Assembly (NCBI GenBank): GCA_035461245.1
Contig: DATHVP010000148.1
Location: 75 to 64,074 of the forward strand
Origin: Longimicrobiales bacterium
GTDB lineage: Bacteria; Gemmatimonadota; Gemmatimonadetes; Longimicrobiales; RSA9
Length of the DNA: 64,000 nt
Reading direction: 5' to 3'
Of this stretch, positions 15,947 to 24,584 are shown piece after piece. Each line of letters begins with the position of its first letter. The first letter of the stretch is position 1. The translations under genes were made by a program, and so were the position numbers. The notes beneath the pieces were generated by a model. The model saw nothing but the letters and a program-made list of their open reading frames with translations. It was not told the DNA's origin and ran no database searches.

Positions 15947-17611
15947 TCAGGATGCCGCTGCGAACTCCGCTGGCGGCTCCGCCCGAAGGTATGCCCCGGG
16001 GAACTGGACGACAATGCGGGCGCCACCGCCCGGCGCGTCCGTCACCCACGCGTTGCCGCCATGCAGGCGCGCCAGCTCCCGTACCACGGAGAGCCCGATA
16101 CCACTGCCGGAGGAGCGGGACGTGGTGTCCCGGGCCAGCCGGACAAAGGCCTCGAAGATCCGGTCCCTGTCTGCGACGGGGATGCCCGGCCCTTCATCGT
16201 CCACCCAGACACGGGCGGCTTCATCGAAGAGCGCAACGCCCACAGTCACGCGCTGGCCGGGCGGCCCGTACTTGAGGGCGTTGTCCAGCAGGTTCACCAT
16301 GATCTGGCGCAGCGCGCCGCGGTCCACGGCGACCGTAATGCCGTCCTGGAGTTCCGTGCGCACGCTCATGTCCCGTGTACGCCACATGGGCCCGAAGCTT
16401 TCAGCGGCCCTGCGCACTTCCGCCGCCAGGTCAGTGGGCTCCGGTGCCAGCGGTTGACGTCGCCCACCCTCGGACTTGGAGAACAGTAGCACGTTCTCCA
16501 CGAGATGGGTCAGGCGCCGGGCTTCCTGGTCGATGATCTCCAGGGACCGCCGCCGTTCCACGTCCGATCGCACCCGGTTCAGCAGCAGCGTTTCCGTGAA
16601 CATCCGGATCTGCGCCAGCGGCGTGCGCAACTCATGGGATACGCCGGAAATGAAGTCGGCCCGCAACCGGACCAGCTCCGCCTCCCTCCGGACCAGCACC
16701 AGAGCCACGACGATGAGGCCGCAGATGGCGAACATGAGCGTGAGCAGCAGCGGCACGCCGGAATTCAGGCCACCCTCCGCCACCAGGTGGCGTGTTGCGT
16801 TATCGCGGATCCCCGCGTGCAGTGTCGTGCCGGCCAGCACACCGGACTGGATACGCGAAGTGGCGGTGATCTGCTCGCCCTCGGCCATGGCCAGCATGAC
16901 GCGGCCATCCCGATCCGCCTGGATGGCAAAGAACTCGGTATTGGGAGCGCCCCGGGCCCAGGGTTTGGGTATGGCGGGGTATGCGTCGAAGGCCAGGAGA
17001 AGGAATTCCTGCAACAACGCCGGCGGCACATGGTACCCGACGACGCGGACGACGTCCTCATCCGGACCCAGCCGGACCATCGTGGTAGCAGCCGACACCT
17101 CGCCATTTTCCAGTCCTGCGACCATCAGCCCGAGGGCCAGCGAATCCCCGACTGCAGAATATCGTCCGAGTGCAACCGCGGACATCACGGCATCGACAAC
17201 CTCGGCGGGCACTCGATGGTCCAGAGCGGCGACTGCGAAGCCCTCGTCGCTCGGGCGGATATCGAAATACGCGTGAGGCTCCTCTGATGCACAGTCCGCA
17301 CAGAGCGGCTTCACGCCTGCCGCGAGTGATTCCAGCGAGAGGTCGCGCTGCTGCGACAGGTGCATTCCCGCCATACGAAAGGATTGCATCACTGCCTCAT
17401 TGCCGTACTCGACCAGGTACCGCTCCCACTGCTGTACCGCCTGCCCGCTGAGATCGTCCAGCACGGCCCGCACCTGCAGCTGGCGGGCGATCTCGGACCG
17501 ATGAGCGCGGAACGCCAGCAGCACGGTCAGGACGAACGTCAGTAACAGCAGCCCGACCAGGAAGGCCAGATGCCGTTGCTTCGGTTCGTACCGCTCCAGC
17601 AGGCTGTCCAT
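15947..17611 (-). CDS. Sensor histidine kinase (membrane, HisKA + HATPase_c)
   Basis: H-box FISGVSHELRTPL, an N-box (MVNLLDNALKYG) and a G-box (GSGIGLSVVRELA). A transmembrane segment precedes the kinase core. It lies 20 nt upstream of the response regulator gene. Confidence 0.9.
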   Translation of the reverse strand: MDSLLERYEPKQRHLAFLVGLLLLTFVLTVLLAFRAHRSEIARQLQVRAVLDDLSGQAVQQWERYLVEYGNEAVMQSFRMAGMHLSQQRDLSLESLAAGVKPLCADCASEEPHAYFDIRPSDEGFAVAALDHRVPAEVVDAVMSAVALGRYSAVGDSLALGLMVAGLENGEVSAATTMVRLGPDEDVVRVVGYHVPPALLQEFLLLAFDAYPAIPKPWARGAPNTEFFAIQADRDGRVMLAMAEGEQITATSRIQSGVLAGTTLHAGIRDNATRHLVAEGGLNSGVPLLLTLMFAICGLIVVALVLVRREAELVRLRADFISGVSHELRTPLAQIRMFTETLLLNRVRSDVERRRSLEIIDQEARRLTHLVENVLLFSKSEGGRRQPLAPEPTDLAAEVRRAAESFGPMWRTRDMSVRTELQDGITVAVDRGALRQIMVNLLDNALKYGPPGQRVTVGVALFDEAARVWVDDEGPGIPVADRDRIFEAFVRLARDTTSRSSGSGIGLSVVRELARLHGGNAWVTDAPGGGARIVVQFPGAYLRAEPPAEFAAAS

Positions 17612-17707
17612 AGGTCCATGCGCTGGTGAGGGGGAGGAATACCCAATTTACCGTGGGATACCCGTCCCGCTCAAGGGCAGCCCCGCCCGGCCAGCTGAAA
17701 GAGCCGG

Positions 17708-18874
17708 CTAAGTGTCTGTCACAACGTCGTATTCACGGCCCTTCCACGCCACCCTGGACCCCCGCAGGGCGCTCCGCACGAACAGCGAGGCCGTGACCAG
17801 GGCGCCCACCGGATAAAGCACTGCGTATACCGGCGGGACCCGCATCCAGAGCAGCAGCGTCAGCCAGAACAGCAGCGACAGGCCGGTGGTGATGACACTC
17901 CAGCCAAAGGCCCCGCCCGAAACGAGCCCGGTAAAGGCGCCGGCGACCATGACGGCCGGCGGCAGCACCCACGCCACCAGGATGTAGAGGGCGATCAGCC
18001 AGGGCACCGCAGGCGCGATCCAGCCGGGCGCGGCGGCCCGGGAGCCCAGCGCCAGGTTCTTGGACCAGCCCTCCACGATGCCGCCCAGGGACCGGTACAT
18101 CCGCGTGTCCATGATGTCGTGGGCATGGGCGACGAAGATGGGCCGGCCCGCCGTCACCAGTCGCTGGGCAAGCTGCTGGTCCTCTACCACCACGCCGCGC
18201 AGCGCCTCGTGGCCGCCCAGCTCATCGTACGCCTCCCGGCGGATGAGGATGAACTGGCCGTTGGCGATCACGTCCTTCGCGTTCCTGGTCCTGTTCACGC
18301 GCTTCAGGTCGTGGTAGCGCATGAAGATGATGGAAAAGACGTGGGGCAGCACCAGCCGCTCCCAGAAGCTGAGCATGAGCTGACGGGGCAGCACCGTCAC
18401 CATGTCGGCGCGGTTCTGCTGCAGGGCACCTACGGCATGGCCCAGCAGTGCGTCATCGTGCCGGGTATCCGCATCAGTGAACAGGATCAGCTCACCACGT
18501 GCGAGGCGGTAGCCCTGCCAGCATGCCCACGGCTTGCCCAGCCAGCCAGGAGGCAGCGGGGCTCCCTGTACCAGGCGCAGGCGGCCGTCGGCGTGGTCGG
18601 CAAGGATGCGAACGATATCGCCCGTGCCGTCAGTGCTGCCGTCGTCGACGACGATGAGTTCAATGTTGGGGTACTGCGTGTTCAGCAGGCTGGCCACGCA
18701 CGCGCTGATGTTCACCGCCTCATTGCGGGCCGGGATCACCACCGACACCAGCGGTGCGTCTTCCCCCTGCGGTGGCGGCCAGGACGTGATGCGCACACGG
18801 CGGCGCAGGAACACCGGCACCACCACCAGCATGGCCAGCCACGGCACCGCGGGCAGAAGGATGGATTCAGTCAT
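17708..18874 (-). CDS. Family 2 glycosyltransferase, integral membrane
   Basis: GT2 signature VSVVIPARNEA...VVDDGSTDGT...FTDADT, flanked by N- and C-terminal transmembrane segments. Confidence 0.85.
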   Translation of the reverse strand: MTESILLPAVPWLAMLVVVPVFLRRRVRITSWPPPQGEDAPLVSVVIPARNEAVNISACVASLLNTQYPNIELIVVDDGSTDGTGDIVRILADHADGRLRLVQGAPLPPGWLGKPWACWQGYRLARGELILFTDADTRHDDALLGHAVGALQQNRADMVTVLPRQLMLSFWERLVLPHVFSIIFMRYHDLKRVNRTRNAKDVIANGQFILIRREAYDELGGHEALRGVVVEDQQLAQRLVTAGRPIFVAHAHDIMDTRMYRSLGGIVEGWSKNLALGSRAAAPGWIAPAVPWLIALYILVAWVLPPAVMVAGAFTGLVSGGAFGWSVITTGLSLLFWLTLLLWMRVPPVYAVLYPVGALVTASLFVRSALRGSRVAWKGREYDVVTDT

Positions 18875-18953
18875 GCCGGCCGCCCGCGTCCGGCGCGGCG
18901 CTGTGCGCGACCGACTCTTGCTGCCATGCGCTTGCGGCGCCTACCTTGGCGCC

Positions 18954-20087
18954 GTGACTGACTGGACTGCCTGGCGTGACGAGTTCCCCATCCTCGCCCG
19001 CCGAACGTACCTGAACTCCTGCTCGCTGGGCGCGCTCTCGCATCGGGCCCTGGCGAGTGTCGGCACGTTCCACGAGAACTGGCACGAATACGGCGCCTCC
19101 GCCTGGTACGAGACGTGGGTCGGCCGCCTCGACGAGCTGCGCAGCCGCGTCGGCGGCATGCTCAACGCCAGGCAGCAGGATGTCGCGCTCTGCGCCAGCA
19201 CGTCCGCGGCGCTGGCGACGCTGGCGTCGTCCTTCGACTACTCCCGGCGGAACCGGATCGTCATCGCCGAACTCGACTTCCCCACCGTGGCGTACCAGTG
19301 GATGGAACGGCCGGGGGTCGAGATCGTGCGCATCCCCAGTGACGACGGCATCAGCACCGACCCGCAGCGCATGGCTGAAGCGGTTGATGATCGAACCGCC
19401 ATCGTCGCCATCAGTCACGTCTACTTCACGACGGGCGCCATCCAGCAGACCGCCCCCATCGCTGAAGCGGCACGGCGTCACGGTGCGCTGTTCCTCGTGG
19501 ACGCATACCAGGGCGCCGGCCAGGTCCCCATCGATGTCAGTGAACTCGGGGCCGATGCGCTCGTGACCGGCCCCCTCAAGTGGCTCCTCGGCGGGCCCGG
19601 CCTCGCCTACCTGTACGTACGCGAGGAGTGGTGGCGGCAGCTCCGCCCCACCACCACCGGCTGGTTCGCCGCCCGGGATCAGTTCGCGTTCGATATTCAT
19701 CACTTCGAGTTCAAGGATGACGCCCGGCGCTTCGAGCTCGGCACGCCCGCGCTGCCGACGGTGCACAGTGCGCTGGGAGGCCAGTCCATCATCGACGAGA
19801 TCGGCGTGTCCGCCATCCGCGCCCGCAACAGCGAGCTGACGGAGTACCTGCTGCAGCGCCTGGAGGCGGCAGGCCTTCACGTCCGCGGCGCTGCCACGCC
19901 CGATGCCCGCTCCGCCCTCGTCATGGTCCGTCATGCCGACCCCGCTGCAGCCGTCGCGCATCTCGCAGCACATGACGTCATTGTCGATGCGCGGCCCGGG
20001 TATGTTAGGGTATCGCCCCACTTTTACAACACCCGCGACGAACTGGACCACTTCGTTAACACCCTGGCAACGGCACCGGGCGCGTGA
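18954..20087 (+). CDS. Class V aminotransferase / cysteine desulfurase-like PLP enzyme
   Basis: A candidate GTG at 18954 (VTDWTAWRDEFPILARRTYLNSCSLG) avoids overlap with the GT2 gene. The fold is class V (AISHVYFTTG, LVDAYQGAG). The start is uncertain. Confidence 0.7.
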   Translation: MTDWTAWRDEFPILARRTYLNSCSLGALSHRALASVGTFHENWHEYGASAWYETWVGRLDELRSRVGGMLNARQQDVALCASTSAALATLASSFDYSRRNRIVIAELDFPTVAYQWMERPGVEIVRIPSDDGISTDPQRMAEAVDDRTAIVAISHVYFTTGAIQQTAPIAEAARRHGALFLVDAYQGAGQVPIDVSELGADALVTGPLKWLLGGPGLAYLYVREEWWRQLRPTTTGWFAARDQFAFDIHHFEFKDDARRFELGTPALPTVHSALGGQSIIDEIGVSAIRARNSELTEYLLQRLEAAGLHVRGAATPDARSALVMVRHADPAAAVAHLAAHDVIVDARPGYVRVSPHFYNTRDELDHFVNTLATAPGA

Positions 20088-20413
20088 GGATCGGCGAGGC
20101 GCAGCAGGCGGTTGACCGCTACATCGGCCAGTTCGAAGAGGGCTACTGGCCGCCGCTTACCAACCTGGCGCGACTGATGGAAGAGGTGGGCGAACTCGCC
20201 CGCGAGCTGAACCACCGATACGGTCACAAGACAAAGAAGGCGGGGGAGCCGGCGCAGGACCTGGCGCTGGAACTGGCGGATATCCTGTTCGTCGTCATCG
20301 CCATCGCCAACGAGCAGCAGATTGACCTGGAAGACGCGTTCCGGCGAGTCATGGAGAAGTACGACACGCGGGACGCCGACCGCTGGACGAGGAAGGACGC
20401 CGGCGGCGGCTGA
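20084..20413 (+). CDS. MazG-like nucleotide pyrophosphohydrolase
   Basis: 109 aa with the MazG motif EEVGELARE...LALELADILFVVIAIAN. Its start overlaps the upstream stop. Confidence 0.85.
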   Translation: MRIGEAQQAVDRYIGQFEEGYWPPLTNLARLMEEVGELARELNHRYGHKTKKAGEPAQDLALELADILFVVIAIANEQQIDLEDAFRRVMEKYDTRDADRWTRKDAGGG

Positions 20414-20418
20414 ACACC

Positions 20419-20991
20419 TCAGCCGGTATCCCCACGGCGGTTCAGCAGGGACCAGGCCGTGATGGCGGGCGCGCTGCGAATGACGCCATCCGCTATGAGG
20501 TCCGGGATCTCGGCAGGGTCCACCACGCGCACCGCGACGTCCTCTCCCGAGTCCTGGTTCCTGCGGCCGTTTCGTTCGCACTCCCGTGCGACCACGACCC
20601 TGACGGCATTTGACTGGATGGCCGGGTCGGGATCGAACTCGCCGACCAGCTCCGCAGACGCCGGGCAGTAGCCCGTCTCCTCCTCCAGCTCCCGCTGGCC
20701 CGCCGCAACAGCGTCCTCACCGTCCTCGATCACGCCCGCCGGGAACTCCAGCGTAACGCGCTGCACGGCATGGCGGAACTGCTCCACCATGACAATGTGA
20801 CCGTCCGTGGTGAAGGGGATGGCGATGACACAGTGGGGCACGCTCAGGACATGGAACCGATGAACGTCGCCGGTGCGCGGCGAACGGGACCGGTGGCGCA
20901 GCACCGAAAAGACCTCATAGTCCGCCAGCTCCTCCGACTCGATCCTCTCCCAGTCTGCCACAGGCATCGTGCCACACTCCGTCCGGTGCAT
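20419..20991 (-). CDS. NUDIX hydrolase (ADP-ribose pyrophosphatase-like)
   Basis: Nudix box GVIEDGEDAVAAGQRELEEETGY. Confidence 0.85.
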   Translation of the reverse strand: MHRTECGTMPVADWERIESEELADYEVFSVLRHRSRSPRTGDVHRFHVLSVPHCVIAIPFTTDGHIVMVEQFRHAVQRVTLEFPAGVIEDGEDAVAAGQRELEEETGYCPASAELVGEFDPDPAIQSNAVRVVVARECERNGRRNQDSGEDVAVRVVDPAEIPDLIADGVIRSAPAITAWSLLNRRGDTG

Positions 20992-21053
20992 TCCCCTCGT
21001 AACATCCCTGTGCGGGGCAGGAAGCGTTCCAGCCGGTGCCGCGGGAACGAACG

Positions 21054-22076
21054 CTACGGGACGAGTACGATCTTGCCGAACTGCCGGCCAGCCTCCAGCC
21101 GCTCGTGGGCCGCGCGCGCATCCGCGAGGGGAAGCACGCTGTCAACCACGGGCTCCACGGTGCCACTGAAAACCAGCTCCATGGCCTGCCGGAACTCGGT
21201 GCGGTTCGACATGGTGGTGCCCAGGATGTCCGCCTGCTTCCAGAACAGTACGCGGCCGTCCGTCTCCAGCACCGGGCCCGTAGTGGCGCCATACACGACG
21301 ATGCGGCCGCCGCGGGCCACGGAGCGGACGTTCTGCTGCCACGTCGCCGCGCCGACGGAATCGAAGATGAGGTCCACGCCACGCTTGTCCGTGGCTCGCC
21401 ACAGCGCCTTCGAGTAGTCCACCTGCCGCCGGTCGAAGACGACGTCGGCGCCGAGGGAACGTACGCGGTCCTCGTGCTCACCGGTGGTCACCGCGTACAC
21501 GCGAGCGCCGAAATGCCGGGCCAGCTGGACGGCGGCCGTTGCCACGCCGCCGGATGCCCCGGTGATGAGCACCGACTCGCCAGCCCGCAGCCGGCCCCTG
21601 CTGACCAGGCCGCGCCAGGCGGTGAGGAAGACAAGGGGCGCTGCCGCCGCCGTCTCCATGGGGTAGTTGTCGGGGATGGGGAACAGGTTGGCGGCGGGCA
21701 CCACGACGTACTCGGCGAAGCCGCCCTGCGTATGCTCGCCCAGGATGCGGTAGCGCACGCACAGCGGCGCTTCGCCGGCCCGGCACCACTCGCACTGGCC
21801 GCACGAGAGGGACGGGTCGGCGACGACCCGCTGGCCGACGGTCACGCCCGAGACCCCCTCGCCCAGCGCGTCCACCACGCCAGCCACATCGGATCCGCCG
21901 ATGTGCGGCATGGTCGTCTCGATGGGCAGCCCGCGCCTGACCCAGAGGTCCAGGTGGTTCATGGCCGCGGCCCCCACCACCAGCCGGACCTCGCCCGGCC
22001 CCGGCTCAGGATCGGGCAACTCGCCCACCTGCACCACGGACGGGTCTCCATGCTCACGGAAGAAGGCAGCTCTCAT
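21054..22076 (-). CDS. Zinc-binding alcohol dehydrogenase / MDR family oxidoreductase
   Basis: Start at the ATG at 22076 (MRAAFFREHGDP). GHE-type motif IGGSDVAGVV, structural Zn cysteines CGQCEWC and a Rossmann motif ITGASGGV. The upstream 267 codons of the track ORF are judged spurious. Confidence 0.85.
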   Translation of the reverse strand: MRAAFFREHGDPSVVQVGELPDPEPGPGEVRLVVGAAAMNHLDLWVRRGLPIETTMPHIGGSDVAGVVDALGEGVSGVTVGQRVVADPSLSCGQCEWCRAGEAPLCVRYRILGEHTQGGFAEYVVVPAANLFPIPDNYPMETAAAAPLVFLTAWRGLVSRGRLRAGESVLITGASGGVATAAVQLARHFGARVYAVTTGEHEDRVRSLGADVVFDRRQVDYSKALWRATDKRGVDLIFDSVGAATWQQNVRSVARGGRIVVYGATTGPVLETDGRVLFWKQADILGTTMSNRTEFRQAMELVFSGTVEPVVDSVLPLADARAAHERLEAGRQFGKIVLVP

Positions 22077-22190
22077 GGGCGTACCATAACGCCGGCTCGC
22101 AGCGCACCTCAAGTCGCCGGCTCGGGTCCCCCGCCCCATGTCCCCTTCGCAGGGCTTGCCCGGCAACCGCCGCACCTGCACTCTTCCGCC

Positions 22191-22712
22191 ATGAAGCAGC
22201 AACCCGATCGCGACGCCGGCAACGGCGACGCCGACAGCTCCCTCGATGACGACGCTCCTGCCGGCGAGTTGTACGCGGATGTGGAACGTCGCGCCCTCTA
22301 CGACATGCCCGACGATGCCGACGACGAGGAGTCGGCGCCGGACCTGGTCGGCGCCCTCGGCGGGCACGGCGTTGAGACTGCAGAGCCCGCCCACGACCTC
22401 ACCCTCGGCGGCTACATCGAGAAGCATGACCGCGTGCCTGCCTTCGAGGGCAGCGACGGCCAGCCGTATACGGTGGACGTGGACGTGGAGGAGGACGGCG
22501 CGGACGCCGGTGCTCCCTTCGTCGCATTCCTGATTTTCATTCGCTGGGCTGCCACCGGCGCCGGCATCATGGACCACCTGGAATCCGGCGACGTGGGACG
22601 GGGCGCATCGGCAGACGAGGCGCGCCACGCCGCCATGGAGCTTTCCCTCTACGAGATCAGGGCCGAACTGGACGCCGCCATCGAGCGGCGCCGGGCGGCA
22701 CTGGAGGATTGA
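22191..22712 (+). CDS. Hypothetical acidic protein
   Basis: The ATG at 22191 lies in the divergent gap from the ADH gene and gives 173 aa with an Asp/Glu-rich N-terminal half. No family was recognised. Confidence 0.45.
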   Translation: MKQQPDRDAGNGDADSSLDDDAPAGELYADVERRALYDMPDDADDEESAPDLVGALGGHGVETAEPAHDLTLGGYIEKHDRVPAFEGSDGQPYTVDVDVEEDGADAGAPFVAFLIFIRWAATGAGIMDHLESGDVGRGASADEARHAAMELSLYEIRAELDAAIERRRAALED

Positions 22713-22716
22713 TACC

Positions 22717-23802
22717 GTGCTGCGCGAGACCTTCATTTTCCTGAGCGAGAACCCACTGGCCCGCCGCATCTCCACGGGCGCGCCCGGCGCCCGGTCCATG
22801 GCCCGCCGCTTCGTGGCCGGCGAAACCGTCGATGACGGCGTCAGCGCCGCTCGCGAGCTGGTGGGCAACGGGTTCACGGTTTCCCTCGATTACCTGGGCG
22901 AGTCCGTGAACAGCCGGGCCGAGGCGACTGAGGCCGCCGACACCTACGTCCGGCTGCTGGGCCGCATCGGCGGGGACCCCGCCCTGCGCGAGCACGTCAA
23001 CGTGTCGCTGAAGCTCACGCAGATGGGGCAGGACATCCGGCGCGGCGTGGGCGAGCCGGCGCCCGCCGGGTCTGCCGGTGCTGCCACCGCCGCACAGTCC
23101 ACCACACCGACCGTTGCCTGGCCGCAGCCGGCCGCCGGGGCAACGCCCGCCGGCGAGGGCGACTGGGACGACGAGTTCCTCCGGGCCAACGTCAAGCGCG
23201 TCCTAGACGCCGCCAGGGAGCACGACATCTTCGTCCGCTTTGACATGGAGGGTACGCCCCACACGCAGCGTACGCTCGATTTCTTTCGCTCGCTGTGGGA
23301 CGAGGGCTACCGCAACACCGGCATCGTGCTCCAGTCCTACCTGCGCCGCACCGCTCACGACGCCAGGGAAGCCAACCTCCTGGGCGCGCGCGTGCGCCTG
23401 TGCAAGGGCGCGTACAGCGAACCGGAACGATACGCCTTCCAGGAGCGCGACGAGGTTGACGGCAATTTCGTGGACGTCATGAAGGTGCTCCTGTCAGACG
23501 GCAATTATCCCGGCATTGCCACTCATGACGAGGCCATGGTGGACGCCACCACCCGCTACAGCCGGGAGCACGACCTGCCGCCTGCCGGCTGGGAGTTCCA
23601 GATGCTGTACGGCGTGCGCCGGGACCTGCAGCACCAACTCCGGGAACAGGGGTACAACCTCCGCGTATACGTGCCGTTCGGCGAGGCCTGGTACCCGTAC
23701 CTCATGCGTCGCCTGGCCGAGCGGCCGGCCAATGTGATGTTCATCGTTACGTCCGTGCTGCGCGAGTCGCCCCTCGGTTTCCTGATGGGCAGACGCCGCT
23801 GA
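22717..23802 (+). CDS. Proline dehydrogenase
   Basis: PutA-type PRODH barrel segments (VSLDYLGE, VRFDMEGT, GIVLQSYLRR, RLCKGAY, IATHD). It carries an Ala/Pro-rich low-complexity insert after the first third. Confidence 0.85.
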   Translation: MLRETFIFLSENPLARRISTGAPGARSMARRFVAGETVDDGVSAARELVGNGFTVSLDYLGESVNSRAEATEAADTYVRLLGRIGGDPALREHVNVSLKLTQMGQDIRRGVGEPAPAGSAGAATAAQSTTPTVAWPQPAAGATPAGEGDWDDEFLRANVKRVLDAAREHDIFVRFDMEGTPHTQRTLDFFRSLWDEGYRNTGIVLQSYLRRTAHDAREANLLGARVRLCKGAYSEPERYAFQERDEVDGNFVDVMKVLLSDGNYPGIATHDEAMVDATTRYSREHDLPPAGWEFQMLYGVRRDLQHQLREQGYNLRVYVPFGEAWYPYLMRRLAERPANVMFIVTSVLRESPLGFLMGRRR

Positions 23803-23857
23803 CCGCGGGCTGGCGTACGACGCGAACGCGGTACGCGGAGCACGACTGAGGAACAGG

Positions 23858-24565
23858 ATGCAGGAGCAGGTGCAGGTCCGGGAACGCGAGCCGAGGGATG
23901 ACGCGCCGTTCCTGCGGGTCACGGAAATCTTCCATTCGGTCCAGGGCGAGAGCACATGGGCGGGCCTGCCGTGCACGTTCATACGCCTGACCGGCTGCCC
24001 GCTCCGCTGCGTGTGGTGCGACACGGAGTATTCCTTCCATGGCGGCGAGCGGATGACGCTGGATGCCATCCTGGATCGTGTCCGGGAGATCGGCACGCCG
24101 GTCGTTGAGATCACCGGCGGCGAGCCGCTTATCCACCGCAACGCATTCGTTCTCGCGGAACGACTGCTGGACGAGGGATATGCCGTTCTGGTGGAGACAT
24201 CCGGCGCCATTGACGTCTCGCCGCTGGATCCCCGTGTGCATCGCATCATGGACCTGAAGTGCCCGGGCTCGGGCGAGGAAGCCCGCAACCTGTGGTCGAA
24301 CCTGGACCACCTGACGGACCGGGACGAGATCAAGTTCGTGATTGCGGGGCGAGAGGATTACGAGTGGGCCCGGGACGTCATCCGCCGCCACCGCCTCGAC
24401 GACCGGGTGCAGCGTGGTACGCTGCGGGCGCTGCTCTTCTCACCGGTGTGGGGCAGCATGGACTTTCGCGAACTCGCGGAGTGGGTGCTGGAGGACCGGC
24501 TGCCGGTCCGCTACCAGATCCAGCTTCACAAGATCATCTGGGGCGCGGACGTCCACGGCGTCTGA
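23858..24565 (+). CDS. queE: 7-carboxy-7-deazaguanine synthase (radical SAM)
   Basis: EIFHSVQGEST, radical-SAM cluster motif CPLRCVWCDT, and a typical length of 235 aa. Confidence 0.9.
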   Translation: MQEQVQVREREPRDDAPFLRVTEIFHSVQGESTWAGLPCTFIRLTGCPLRCVWCDTEYSFHGGERMTLDAILDRVREIGTPVVEITGGEPLIHRNAFVLAERLLDEGYAVLVETSGAIDVSPLDPRVHRIMDLKCPGSGEEARNLWSNLDHLTDRDEIKFVIAGREDYEWARDVIRRHRLDDRVQRGTLRALLFSPVWGSMDFRELAEWVLEDRLPVRYQIQLHKIIWGADVHGV

Positions 24566-24584
24566 CCGCCGCGGCGGCCGCCCG

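Noticed and set aside
22077-22877. N-terminal 267 codons of the 607-aa ORF containing the Zn-ADH
   Set aside because: The ADH domain begins at MRAAFF (22076). The upstream part overlaps the plus-strand hypothetical and proline dehydrogenase genes and has no protein-like features.
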